Assembly: GCA_030390025.1 (NCBI GenBank)
Contig: CM059447.1
Location: 3,472,001 to 3,536,000 of the forward strand
Length of the DNA stretch: 64,000 nucleotides
Source of the DNA: Squalus acanthias
Lineage: Eukaryota
Direction of reading: 5' to 3'
This document shows, piece after piece, positions 39,501 to 48,281 of the stretch (positions are counted from its first letter, which is position 1; each line of letters opens with the position of its first letter). The translations under genes and the position numbers were made by a program. The notes under the pieces are model-generated. The model saw only the letters and a list, made by a program, of their open reading frames with translations. It ran no database searches and was not told where the DNA came from.

Positions 39501-40122
39501 GTTTCACGAGTTCCAATACTATACTCCGTACGGCTGTCTGGGCCTCCACTTTTAGGGGATATTGTTTATGGGGTCGGTGGGTTGGCCCGGGGACTCTGAC
39601 TGGGTTCATCTTAACCAGTCCGCAGTCCTGCTTGTGTTTGGCCCATAGTTCGGGGAATCGGTGGCAAATTGCCCCCCACCCTCCCTTTTCGTCCCATTTG
39701 GGGTCTATTATTTGGATAGCGCTGATGGCACATGCTGTCTTGGATCCCTTTGAGTTATGTCTCCCTTCCTTGTGGTTATCGGGCCATAGCAACTTATCCT
39801 GTTTGGGGTCTATTAAAACTCCCACTTCCCTTAGTATGTCTATACCCAGGATGGTTCCCTCAGTATTCTCACAGATCCAGAAACATGTAGGTATAATGAT
39901 TTTTCCCAATTCTAGTAATACTGTCTCACTTTTCCATGCTTTAATTTTTACTCCCCCTATCCCAGATATAAAAATATTTTCCTTGGTTCGCGGCAAGGGT
40001 ACGTTTGTTAGAGATATTGCTGCCCCGGTGTCTATGAGCATTCTGCACTGTCGGCCCCCTACCAGTGCCTCAATAAACATTCTAGGGTCTCCCTTTACCG
40101 GGTCTCCGAGGGCCGCTACCTT
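36559..40122 (-). CDS. pol: Pro-Pol (protease, RT, tether, RNase H, integrase), in frame with gag after a UGA; first ATG at 40080
   Basis: PR: LIDTGA...ILGIDIL. RT: LDIANGFW, PQGFHNSP, QYVDD. Retroviral RNase H: LYVDGS, AQVAEL, YTDSRY, VKAH, GNRAAD. IN: HHCC zinc finger, LQIDF/IDSDNG/GMVER, WEGPY. Uninterrupted for 1173 aa from the ATG. Confidence 0.97.
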   Translation of the reverse strand, partial: KVAALGDPVKGDPRMFIEALVGGRQCRMLIDTGAAISLTNVPLPRTKENIFISGIGGVKIKAWKSETVLLELGKIIIPTCFWICENTEGTILGIDILREVGVLIDPKQDKLLWPDNHKEGRHNSKGSKTACAISAIQIIDPKWDEKGGWGAICHRFPELWAKHKQDCGLVKMNPVRVPGPTHRPHKQYPLKVEAQTAVRSIVLELVKQGILRETVSGTNSPVWPVKKPDASYRLTIDYTALNKVTPKEYPIVASPATIFNGLKPEHKIFTVLDIANGFWSIPLHEESQEKFAFTIGGKQYTWTRVPQGFHNSPAIFHRHMARALEDLDLEGENSTLLQYVDDLLIASETKVGHKGALVKVFSTLREAGFKANPAKAQVGKLEVTYLGYRVSMGKRAMPEERKEAISQMPRPINVRGVRQVLGLFNFSRNFIEGFSHMAAPLYELTKGGRAAGEPIGWTSTQEEAFTKLKQALTAAPALGLPDQERPYHIFCHNHDGHYSAVVAQEHGGNMRSVAYYSTRRSPIVAGMPRCVAAIDCARWSVRVSEPIIMTGDIVLHTQHTLVELLNTGRLKSVSNARRAAWEAVLLPKDKSIQIVRDMGQNPASMMIMEGEDHQCMNEEEPENDLDKIKEIPLAEADLELYVDGSRKYVQGKPRTGWAVVNGEGMVLQAGTLPGDKSAQVAELTALTEALKLAMGKRVNVYTDSRYAFGIVHDYMAAWSRRGYITSGGAPIQHLDVVKSLVNAARGPTELAVIKVKAHTKGKTPQEQGNRAADLAAKVMTEAPCGNVTPIGGAPVPLIPLEYNIVKLHQGIPEPELNIWEKKGVMLSRDKVWRKEGRVCAPECIQQELMRLYHGQAHTGASRMINNIGQCWWWPGLSSSIRKYCKDCHICAQCNTGKPVKVKWGRQPRPKGPWEKLQIDFTGPLTKSKGKTYCLVIIDQFTRWVEAFATRNCTASTVARILAEEIIPRWGVPLQIDSDNGTHFTGKVMKEACALLGVKQKFHIPYHPESSGMVERMNRTLKRSLTKAIVETGQGWAELLPTILMRLRATPNSTTGLTPFELMTGRAMALPEGVVTGGEDVGPLKDRIRRFIKQLCAELHGLRQEARDQQIIKDLERDTEEQKKVIPGVGSQVMSRIIPIKPGLRPRWEGPYLVLMTSDTCACIDLHGTGKGRWKHWTQLKLYKEADE

Positions 40123-41646
40123 TCAGGCGTTGCCTTTTTTTATCTGTTTGACCAGTTTTTCCATTTTCCTTGTCAGCTCCACTATGTCTTCCTCGTCGGA
40201 GGTGTCTGAGGAATCATCTCTCTTATACTTCCTACTCTTTCTCCTCTTCCTTTCTTCTCTTTCTCTGTCATCCTCCCAGTCTTGCATTCCCTTCCTGATC
40301 AGTTTCGCCATGCTTTCCTCGTTATTCTCTGACCTTCCAATACTTGACCCCGGTTTTCCTCCCTGTCTAGGTCCCTGACCTTCCCTTCCTCCTCCTTTAT
40401 TCCAACATTGTTGTTTCCTATGCCCTGGTTTTCCACAATTATGACAGGAAGCCTTTTGCTGAGATGTCTGATTATCCCCTTTGTTCTGTTGCCTCGGGCA
40501 ATCCCTTTTCATGTGGCCCTCCTGTCCGCAACCGAAGCATGCCGCCACACTTAATGCATCCTCATTGTCGCTATCCGTCCTTAGGGCAGCTATTTTAGGT
40601 TTGGCTTGTTCTTGGACCTGATTATCTACTTCGCACGCCCACTGTATTAAGTCCTCCCAATTATGGTGGACCACTAGCCCCATTTTTATTGCATTCTGGT
40701 GCATTGGACTTAGTCCCTGTTTAAATGTTTGCAGAAAACAAGCGTTGTTTTTGTTTAAGGGGCCTGCGGACCACTTTCGTTTTCCATAATCGATAGCGCT
40801 TTCTCCCTTTTCTTGTGTGATTCCGCTTATAGCTGCCCAATTTACGGGGGCCTGTCCCATTGCTGCTTCCACAGCGGCCTTGAATTGGTCGAACTCAGTG
40901 TTTAATTGTTGGATTGTCTGTCCTGTATTTGTGGCCCACTGGCCATTTCCGTGGTTGCCCTGCACTAATCTCCACTGTTCCTCGGGACATTTAGCTCGTA
41001 CCAATTGATCGATATCTATACTATGTAGGGCATGGTTTATGCGTACTTCGCGCAGTTTGTGCCAGAATGTCTGATTATTCTGGCGGTGTTTTAAGGCTGG
41101 TAATTCATTGAGGAGAATCACCCGATCCTGCAGGCTTAACGGTGTGTAGGTCAACGTTGTGGTGGCCGGCCTGCCCGGTACTGCCGGGACGGCCGGATTC
41201 CCCCCTGCCGCCGGAATTTCCGGAACCGCGGGGATTGCTGGCCTATATTGCAGTGTCACTGGTGCCATCGGAACAGGCTCCGGGGCTGCCGACTGGTGTC
41301 CTGTATATGGGGGAGGACAGCCAGTCGGCCCCCCCTGGGGCAGCTCCGGGTATAACCTTTCCTGGGAGTTACCCGGTTTTGGGTTGGCTGCAGCTGCTGG
41401 ATATGTTTTAAGGGCTCCGCGCTGGAGCATACGTTCCCGATCGTATCGTGCCGCTACGATAATGCACGCTTTCTCCAATTTATTTTTGGTTTGTTTCCTC
41501 CACCAGTCCCTTTGTGTGTCTGGTTTATCGTCCTGGTTCCACCCTGCCTTTCTCATTTTCTCAATTAATTTTTTATTCTTGTCGTAAACATATCGTGTTA
41601 CAGACTCTGGGTCTCCCCAGGGTTCCTTATCCTCTTTGCTAGCCAT
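40123..41646 (-). CDS. gag: Retroviral Gag polyprotein, 507 aa
   Basis: Good Kozak context (ACTATGG). Late domains LYPEL and PPPY. CA N-terminus MA/PVT...YTPLS. MHR-like ITQEKGESAIDYGKR. Two CX2CX4HX4C knuckles (CFGCGQEGHMKRDC, CHNCGKPGHRKQQC). Confidence 0.95.
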   Translation of the reverse strand: MASKEDKEPWGDPESVTRYVYDKNKKLIEKMRKAGWNQDDKPDTQRDWWRKQTKNKLEKACIIVAARYDRERMLQRGALKTYPAAAANPKPGNSQERLYPELPQGGPTGCPPPYTGHQSAAPEPVPMAPVTLQYRPAIPAVPEIPAAGGNPAVPAVPGRPATTTLTYTPLSLQDRVILLNELPALKHRQNNQTFWHKLREVRINHALHSIDIDQLVRAKCPEEQWRLVQGNHGNGQWATNTGQTIQQLNTEFDQFKAAVEAAMGQAPVNWAAISGITQEKGESAIDYGKRKWSAGPLNKNNACFLQTFKQGLSPMHQNAIKMGLVVHHNWEDLIQWACEVDNQVQEQAKPKIAALRTDSDNEDALSVAACFGCGQEGHMKRDCPRQQNKGDNQTSQQKASCHNCGKPGHRKQQCWNKGGGREGQGPRQGGKPGSSIGRSENNEESMAKLIRKGMQDWEDDREREERKRRKSRKYKRDDSSDTSDEEDIVELTRKMEKLVKQIKKGNA

Positions 41647-41673
41647 AGTTTATTTATTTATTTATTTATTTCT

Positions 41674-41920
41674 TTTTCGGCCAGAAGGAACTCCCCGTTT
41701 TAACTACTACCTAAGTTTACTTTTCGGCCAGAAGGACTCGCCCTCCACCGTGTTAAAACTCCCCGTTTTAACTACTACTTAAGTTTACTTTTCGGCCAGA
41801 AGGACTCGTCCTCCACCGTGTTAAAACTCCCCGTTTTAACTCCTACTTAAGTTTACTTTTCGGCCAGAAGGACTCGTCCTCCACCGTGTTAAAACTCCCC
41901 GTTTTAACTACTACCTAAGT
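41674..41920 (-). repeat. 68-bp tandem array in the ERV 5' leader (about 3 units plus a 47-bp truncated unit)
   Basis: TTTTCGGCCAGAAGG recurs at 41674, 41721, 41789 and 41857. Confidence 0.92.
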
Positions 41921-42034
41921 GTTAACCGCCTTCAATTAAAGGTGTCTTTCTTTTTATAGTTCTTTTGTACGTCAATCTTACTTAACGTCTCGCCAGCGAT
42001 TAACCTCTAATTTTACAGGTGGTAATTTAAACGT

Positions 42035-42043
42035 ACTCACCCG
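42035..42043 (-). promoter_or_regulatory. Major splice donor of the ERV leader
   Basis: CGG|GTGAGT about 45 nt downstream of the PBS, the usual position of a retroviral major donor. Confidence 0.7.
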
Positions 42044-42084
42044 TCTTAGGTTATCGCTGTCCGAGAGTTTTGTTCAGATCGCGC

Positions 42085-42102
42085 ATCCCATCCTCGTCGC
42101 CA
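42085..42102 (-). promoter_or_regulatory. Primer-binding site for tRNA-Ser(GCU)
   Basis: TGGCGACGAGGATGGGAT begins 2 nt after the 5' LTR. It is complementary to the 3' 18 nt (ATCCCATCCTCGTCG-CCA) of vertebrate tRNA-Ser(GCU) as I recall it. Confidence 0.93.
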
Positions 42103-42104
42103 AT

Positions 42105-42562
42105 TGATGTAAGCTCCCAAAGTGCGGACCCAGTGATATACAAGGTCGACGCTACTGAGCTTGTTGGAAGAAAGACTGACCAAGTAATTGAAGTCACAAC
42201 GGTTTATTACAGGCCTGGGGAGAACCTCTCATGTCGCTTACATGAGTACAACTCCACCGAGCTAATGAAAACACACATATTTATATCCAATCAGGTTTAA
42301 AAGTTACACACAATGCTAGGTCTAAAAACACATTACTCGTTTTACAAATATTTCTGTCTTGCCTTATGGGGATCTCGTTATCCGAGGGTGGCTGTAAAAG
42401 TTACATACAATGCTATCTGTAAATCTCGTTGAAGGAGATAGACTCCGAAAGCTTGTAAGGTGTTGTGTGACTTGAAACAAATCTCGTTAAAGGCCTGGCT
42501 TTCTGCAAATGAGTCATGCCCGAATTGCCCTGGTTATATCCAATTTTTAATATCTTACTTCA
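42105..42562 (-). repeat. 5' LTR (U3-R-U5)
   Basis: Minus sense TGAAGT...ACATCA. AP-1 site TGACTCA, three AACGAGAT motifs, ATTGG directly before TATAAATA (42285-42278), AATAAA at 42208-42203. Confidence 0.96.
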
Positions 42563-43519
42563 GCCGCTATTTTGGCACAGGCTGTAGATCAAACCTAAAA
42601 CCTTTCTTGTCTTTGTGGCTCACTGAGCTATTGGATCAGCTCCGCTAGTTTTAATTTTGCTGTATAATGTAAATTATCTTGTTCATATCTCTATTGTATA
42701 ATGTGCATGTGTTTCAACTTTAGCTTGATATCCAGACATCAGGCATGTCCCTGCTGTGGAACAAGGCTGCTTGTAAACAATGAGGGGGATCAAATTCAGT
42801 CCAGATTCCTGCATAAACAGAGTACAAGATTGTCTTTTCATGTACCAGTCAAAATTGTAAAGTTGAGTTACCACTGTGCACATATACTGTACAATTCCAA
42901 GCATTTAGTGCAGTTGGTGCATTCTCTTTTTTAAAAAAAATCTTGTGTTTTCAATTCTTCTCATTTCTTCCTCAATGAAATTGTATCAATTGGTATTTTC
43001 CAATCAAGATGGTGGGCGGGAAATCTGTTCGATCTCTGCCAGTGCCATTCTTGAATCGGATGCTTGAGAGTGTGAGAGTGTTGGCCCTGGATGACTTGTC
43101 TGATTTTTCTTTAATTTGTCCTTTTGCCATTTTTCATTTTTTCTTTTGTTTTGCACTCGGTCCTATCCCCAAGCTGTATAGCAAATATCATGATCTCTGT
43201 TTCTAGAGAGAAATTGGGACACATCCTGTCTTCCAGTAATAGCAGACACCTATTTCAAATACTCTTTTTCACATTGACTGTTAAAGCCCTTTATTTCAGA
43301 GCTGATTATGTTCATAACTGGCTATGTCAGTAAAGCCATTTGAGATAATCTTCACTGATCATGCTTGGTCAGTGGAGCTGAGTTTTAAAAATCGAACTAT
43401 TAATATACAGTGAGGGTTGAATTAGAAGGGGAAGCTGCATGATGTGGGTAGATTATGAAAGTTAAGAAATTGTGAAAATCATCAAAAATATAAAGTAAAA
43501 ATTGAGAGTAGGGCTCTGC

Positions 43520-43880
43520 TAATAGCTGAATATATTTATCCTGTGAGGAGTTGAGCTGTGCAGACCAGGAAGGTACAAGTTTAATCTACGATCTGTGATG
43601 TGTTTGCTGATCTCAGCTGGGGCAGCACGCGAGGGTATTACCATTGGCTTCAATGTCCTGGAATGGGGAGGAGAAAATTTATTAGGGTTCCCGCTCCTGA
43701 TTGTCAAGCAGTGACCCTCGCTGGAAGTGTACGTGTGTGGACATTGTGGGAGGACAGAAACTGGGCCAGCTGTGATGCTCCTGTAATCAATACCCCGCTG
43801 GCCATTGCAGTCATGGCCCATAGATGAGAAATGGCTGCTCAGGTGAAGTATTGGTCACGAATATCTGCACAGCGAATACC
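43520..43880 (+). mobile_element. Old tRNA-derived SINE (family unassigned)
   Basis: Core GGGTTCCCGCTCCTGAT...CAGTGACCCTCGCTGGAAGTG...GGACAG...GCTGTGATGC. Further diverged copies at about 1-200, 1290-1540, 16480-16760, 25390-25560, 26200-26480 and 48310-48490, and flanking the ERV. Confidence 0.6.
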
Positions 43881-44100
43881 CAATAATGAGTCTGCACTTA
43901 ATGATGGGAGAAAAAAGGCAAAAGATTTAAAAAAAAAAGAGGAAGCTGATACCTGTGGATCTGTGACTTCAATATATTATTTATTGGATTCTTGTTTTTT
44001 TTTTAAAGTTTCTCCTAAGTCAAATGAATTTTTTCCCTCCCTCTCTGTGGAACAGCCAAGGTTGAGAGCTCATTATAGTGGGAATTGCAAGAGTGTACTT

Positions 44101-45272
44101 GGGAACATAGGAAAAGGACTCGGCCATCTTGGCCTTCGAACCTGCTCTGTCATTCAATGAGACCATGGCTGATCTGTGACCTAACTCCATATACCCACCT
44201 TTGCCCTATATCCCTTTACAAAAATCTATCAATCTCAGATTTAAAATTAACAATTGACCTAGGATCAATTGCCGTTTGGGGAAGAGTGTTCCAAACTTCT
44301 ACCACCCTTTGCGTGTAGAAGTTTTTCCTAACTTCACTCTTGAAAGGCTTTGCTCTAATTTTTAGACTGTTCCCTAGTCCTACACTCCCCAACCAGTGAA
44401 AATAGTTTCCCTTAATATCTTGAATATTTCAATCAATTCACCCTTAACCTTCTAAATTCCAGTGAATACAACCCTAGTTTGTGTAATCTCTCCTCGTAAT
44501 TTAAACATAGAAACATAGAATCTAGGAGCAGGAGTAGGCCATTCGGCCCGTCGAGCCTGCTCCGCCATTCAATACGATCATGGCTGATCATCCAAATCCA
44601 GTACCCTGTCCCTGCTTTAATCCCCACAGTACACATATCCCACCCTACCCCCGTAACCCCACGTATTTAATTCCCCCTAACATATCCCATCCTATCCCCA
44701 TAACCCCACATATTTAATCCCCCCTAACACTAAGGGTCAATTTATCATAGCCAAATCAACCTAACCCACACATTTTTGGACTGTGGGAGGAAACCGGAGC
44801 ACCCGGAGGAAACCCACGCAGACACGGGGAGAATGTGCAAACTCCACACAGACAGTCACCCGAGGTCAGATTCGAACCCGGGTCTCTGGCGCTGTGAGGC
44901 ACCAGTGCTAACCACTATGCCACCGTGGCATTTAACCTTTGGAGTTCGGGTATCATTCTGGTAAATCTATACTGCACTCCCTCCAAGGCCAATATATCCT
45001 TCCCAAGGTGTAGTGACCAGAACTGAACACAGTACTCCAGGTGTGGTCTAACCAGGGCTTTGTATAGCTGTAGCATAACTTCTACCCCTTGTATTCTAGT
45101 CCTCTAGATATAAAGCCCAGCATTTCATTAGCCTTTTTGATTATTTTCTGTACCTGTCCAGGACATTTTAATGATCTATGTATATGGACCCAAGTCTCTT
45201 TGAACCTCCACTGTTTCTAGCTTTTCACCATTTAGAAAGTACCCTGTTCTATCTTTTTTAGGTCCAAAGTGG
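44101..45272 (-). mobile_element. CR1 LINE 3' fragment interrupted by a V-SINE
   Basis: Homologous to 28468-29240; LNYEERLHKLGLYSLEFRRLR. Confidence 0.88.
44505..44929 (-). mobile_element. HE1-type V-SINE inserted in a CR1, 6-bp TSD
   Basis: Near-identical reverse complement of 17094-17524. ATTTAA at 44499-44504 and 44930-44935. Confidence 0.9.
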
Positions 45273-46677
45273 ACTAGTGTACTCGCGTCTTGTTTGTTGC
45301 ATTGCAACCTATTGTATTTGGAATATGATATTTATTCCATTAGTAAGGCCTCGTGCCAGTAAATATTCTGCTTCAAACTGCTCACAGTAATTGTCTCAAT
45401 GTTCAAAAGAGAGGAGAAAATGTAAAACTTTTTATGGAAAAATTTAGTTAACACTTACAGGAGTAAAAGCCCAACTGGCATCATAAAAAAATTCCCCTTC
45501 CATCTTTGACTCAGAATATATCTATTTCCTGTTTAGTATGGGTTATCAGTTTTGTAACCTATTTTTTTCTCCAAAGACCTGCCGTTTTGGGTCTCCACTT
45601 GGGCCCAGACAATTAATCCAAGGCATTCTGCATGTGTCCTAGAAAGGCCCCTTTCACTCAAAAATCAAGCTTTGGATCAGCCTGGATGACTATCCAGAGG
45701 CACCTGAAGCATGGAAAATGAGTGCAGGATTGGTTATCTATCAAGCTTGGGTGTTTCCAGTTCAGCATCCAGATTGGTCCAAGCCATTTATTTAAATGTT
45801 AGTGAATCAAACCACTCTGTCATGCATGTGGGCCACTTGTGTAACCCACGTGCTGGTGCAAAAGGAAATCTGAAATGGCAGGTTTCTGTGGGAGGGAAAG
45901 CACGCTACTAAATTTGCCATCTCCTGCAAGCTTTGAGATATGTATGTGATGATAGATAAATGTAAATTAGATGGGGGAATATTGAAAGTATTCCCCATAG
46001 CTTTTTAAAAAAAACCCAGAAGATTGATTTATCCTCGTGAGGGGATGATGTCAGAGATACTGGTGTGCTTTCATGGTACCTTCCCAAAGAAAGAAAAAAA
46101 GTACAAAAAAAGTTTTTTTTTAACGTATTTAATTGAATTGATGTTTTCTCCTCTTCTATATGGAATCTTTCCATTTTATCTGTAAAATCACTGACTGGCA
46201 ACTGACGCCTGTTTTTAAAAAAAAAAAAATCTTTAGGTGTTCATGTTAGCACAACATGCTTTTATGTTCATGGATACACAAGGGAGCAAGCGCCGTGTCC
46301 AGCTTGGGGGAGCAGCGAACAGTTTGAGTGCACTTTATACGTTTTCTTGGAATGTTTGAAGTGTAAACCTTTTTGAGGATTTTAGTTGATGTTCCTGGTT
46401 GCTTCTAAATATAAACGTGTTGCTCTGTGAAGTAACATCTGTAATGATTTGTAAATTTGCAGCATCTTTTTTTAAAAAAAATTAAAAAAATTCTCTTGTA
46501 TTTGAGGTGGATATCCTGAAGTATTTATCCCTATCTGGGCAAAGGGGGTGTTCTGAATAAATGAAACAGGAAATTTCCATGTGTAGCACCTTGGGGTGGC
46601 TTTGTTGCAATAAAAGAACCAAAGAGGAGGGGGGAAATGAATGCCAGATCACCTAAAAGCTGGTTCAAGCAGCAGCA

Positions 46678-48281
46678 GACTAAAAGCTGACAAATCTCCT
46701 GGACCTGACGGCCTACATCTTGGGGTTCTAAAAGAGGTGGCTGAAGAGATAGTGGATGCATTGGTTTTGATCTTCCAAAATTTCCTAGATTCTGGCGAGG
46801 TCCCAGCGGATTGGAAGGTCGCACATGTAACACCGCTATTCAAGAAAGGAGGGAGAGAGAAAACTGAACTACAGGCCAGTTAGCCTGACCTCAGTCGTCG
46901 GGAAAATGCTGGAATCCATTGTTAAGGAAGTGGTATCAAGTCACTTTGAAAATCATAACCTGATTAGGCAGAGTCAACATGGTTTTATGAAAGGGAAATC
47001 ATGTTTGACAAATTTATTTGAGTTTTTTGAGGGTGTAACTAGCAGGGTAGATAAAGGGGAACCAGTGGATGTAGTATATTTGGATTTCCAAAAGGCATTC
47101 GATAAGGTGCCACATAAAAGATTATTACACAAGATTAGGGCTCATGGGATTGGGGGTAATATAGTAGCATGGCTAGAGGACTGGTTAACGGACAGAAAAC
47201 AGAGAGTAGGGATAAACGGATCTTTTTCAGGTTGGCAGGCTGTAACTAGTGGGGTGCCGCAAGGATCAGTGTTGGGGCCTCAGCTATTTACAATCTATAT
47301 TAATGACCTAGATGAGGGGACTGAGTGTAATGTTTCCAAGTTTGCTGATGATACAAAGCTAGGTGGGACAGTAAGCTCTGAGGAGAGCACAAAGAGTCTG
47401 CAAAGGGATATAGATAGACTCAGTGAGTGGGCAGTAAGGTGGCAGATGGAATATAATGTAGGGAAATGTGAGGTTATTCACTTTGGTAGGAAGAATAGAA
47501 AAACAGAATATTTTTTAAATGGTGAGAAACTTTCAAATGTTGGTGCTCGGAGATTTGGGTGTCCTCGTGCAAGAAACACAGAAAGCTAGCATGCAGGTAC
47601 AGCAAGCAATAAGGAAGGCAAATGGCATGTTGGCCTTTCTTGCAAGGGGGTTGGAGTATAAGAGTAAGGAAGTCTTGCTACAATTGTACAGGGCCTTGGT
47701 GAGACCACACCTGGAGTACTATGCACAGTTCTGATCTCCTTATCTAAGAAAGGATATACTTGCCTTGGAGGCGGTGCAACGAAGGTTCACTAGATTGATT
47801 CCTGGGATGAGAGGGCTGTCCTATGATGAGAGATTGTGTAGAATGGGCCTATACTCTCTGGAGTTTAGAAGAATGAGAGGTGATCTCATTGAAACATACA
47901 AGATTCTGAAGGGGATTGACAGGATAAATGCTGAGAGGTTGTTTCCCCCGGCTGGAGTGTCTAGAACTAGGGGGCATAGTCTCAGGATAAGGGGTCGGCC
48001 ATTTAAGACTGAGATGAGGAGGAATTTCTTCACTCAGAGGGTTGTGAATCTTTGGAATTCTCTCCCCCCATAAGGCTGTGTGTGAATGCTGAGTCTTTGA
48101 GTATATTCAAGGCTGAGATAGATAGATTTTTGGACTCCAGGGGAATCTAGGGATATGGAGATCGGGCGGGAAAGTGGAGTTGAGGTCGATGGTCAGCCAT
48201 GATCTTATTGAATGGCGGAACAGGCTCGAGGGGCCGTATGGCCTACGCCTGCTCTGACTACTTATGTTCTTATGTTATGTT
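46678..48281 (+). mobile_element. 5'-truncated CR1 LINE (ORF2 RT with frameshifts and a stop)
   Basis: KSPGPDG, QHGF, YLDFQKAFDKV, SGVPQGSVLGP, KFADD, TRGHS, FFTQRVVNLWNSLP. Ends in a CTTATGTT repeat. Confidence 0.95.

Larger units (their letters stand above)
35223..42562 (-). mobile_element. Full-length endogenous retrovirus (LTR-PBS-gag-pro-pol-env relic-PPT-LTR), very recent insertion
   Basis: 458-bp direct repeats at 35223-35680 and 42105-42562 with TG...CA ends. GCCGC is duplicated at 35218-35222 and 42563-42567. PBS, PPT and open gag and pol ORFs are present. Confidence 0.97.

Noticed and set aside
39470-40378. 302-aa plus-strand ORF (and others at 36749-41587) antisense to gag-pol
   Set aside because: Non-ATG starts, no motifs, and codon-register shadows of the long sense ORF. 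No evidence for an HBZ-like antisense gene.
41674-41920. Leader array as a CRISPR-like locus
   Set aside because: Units are wholly repeated with no unique spacers, and the context is a eukaryotic provirus.
46201-46380. Acceptor-like ACTGAC...CTTTAG|G with open frames
   Set aside because: No convincing donor, an A-run interrupts the pyrimidine tract, and the peptides are unrecognised.
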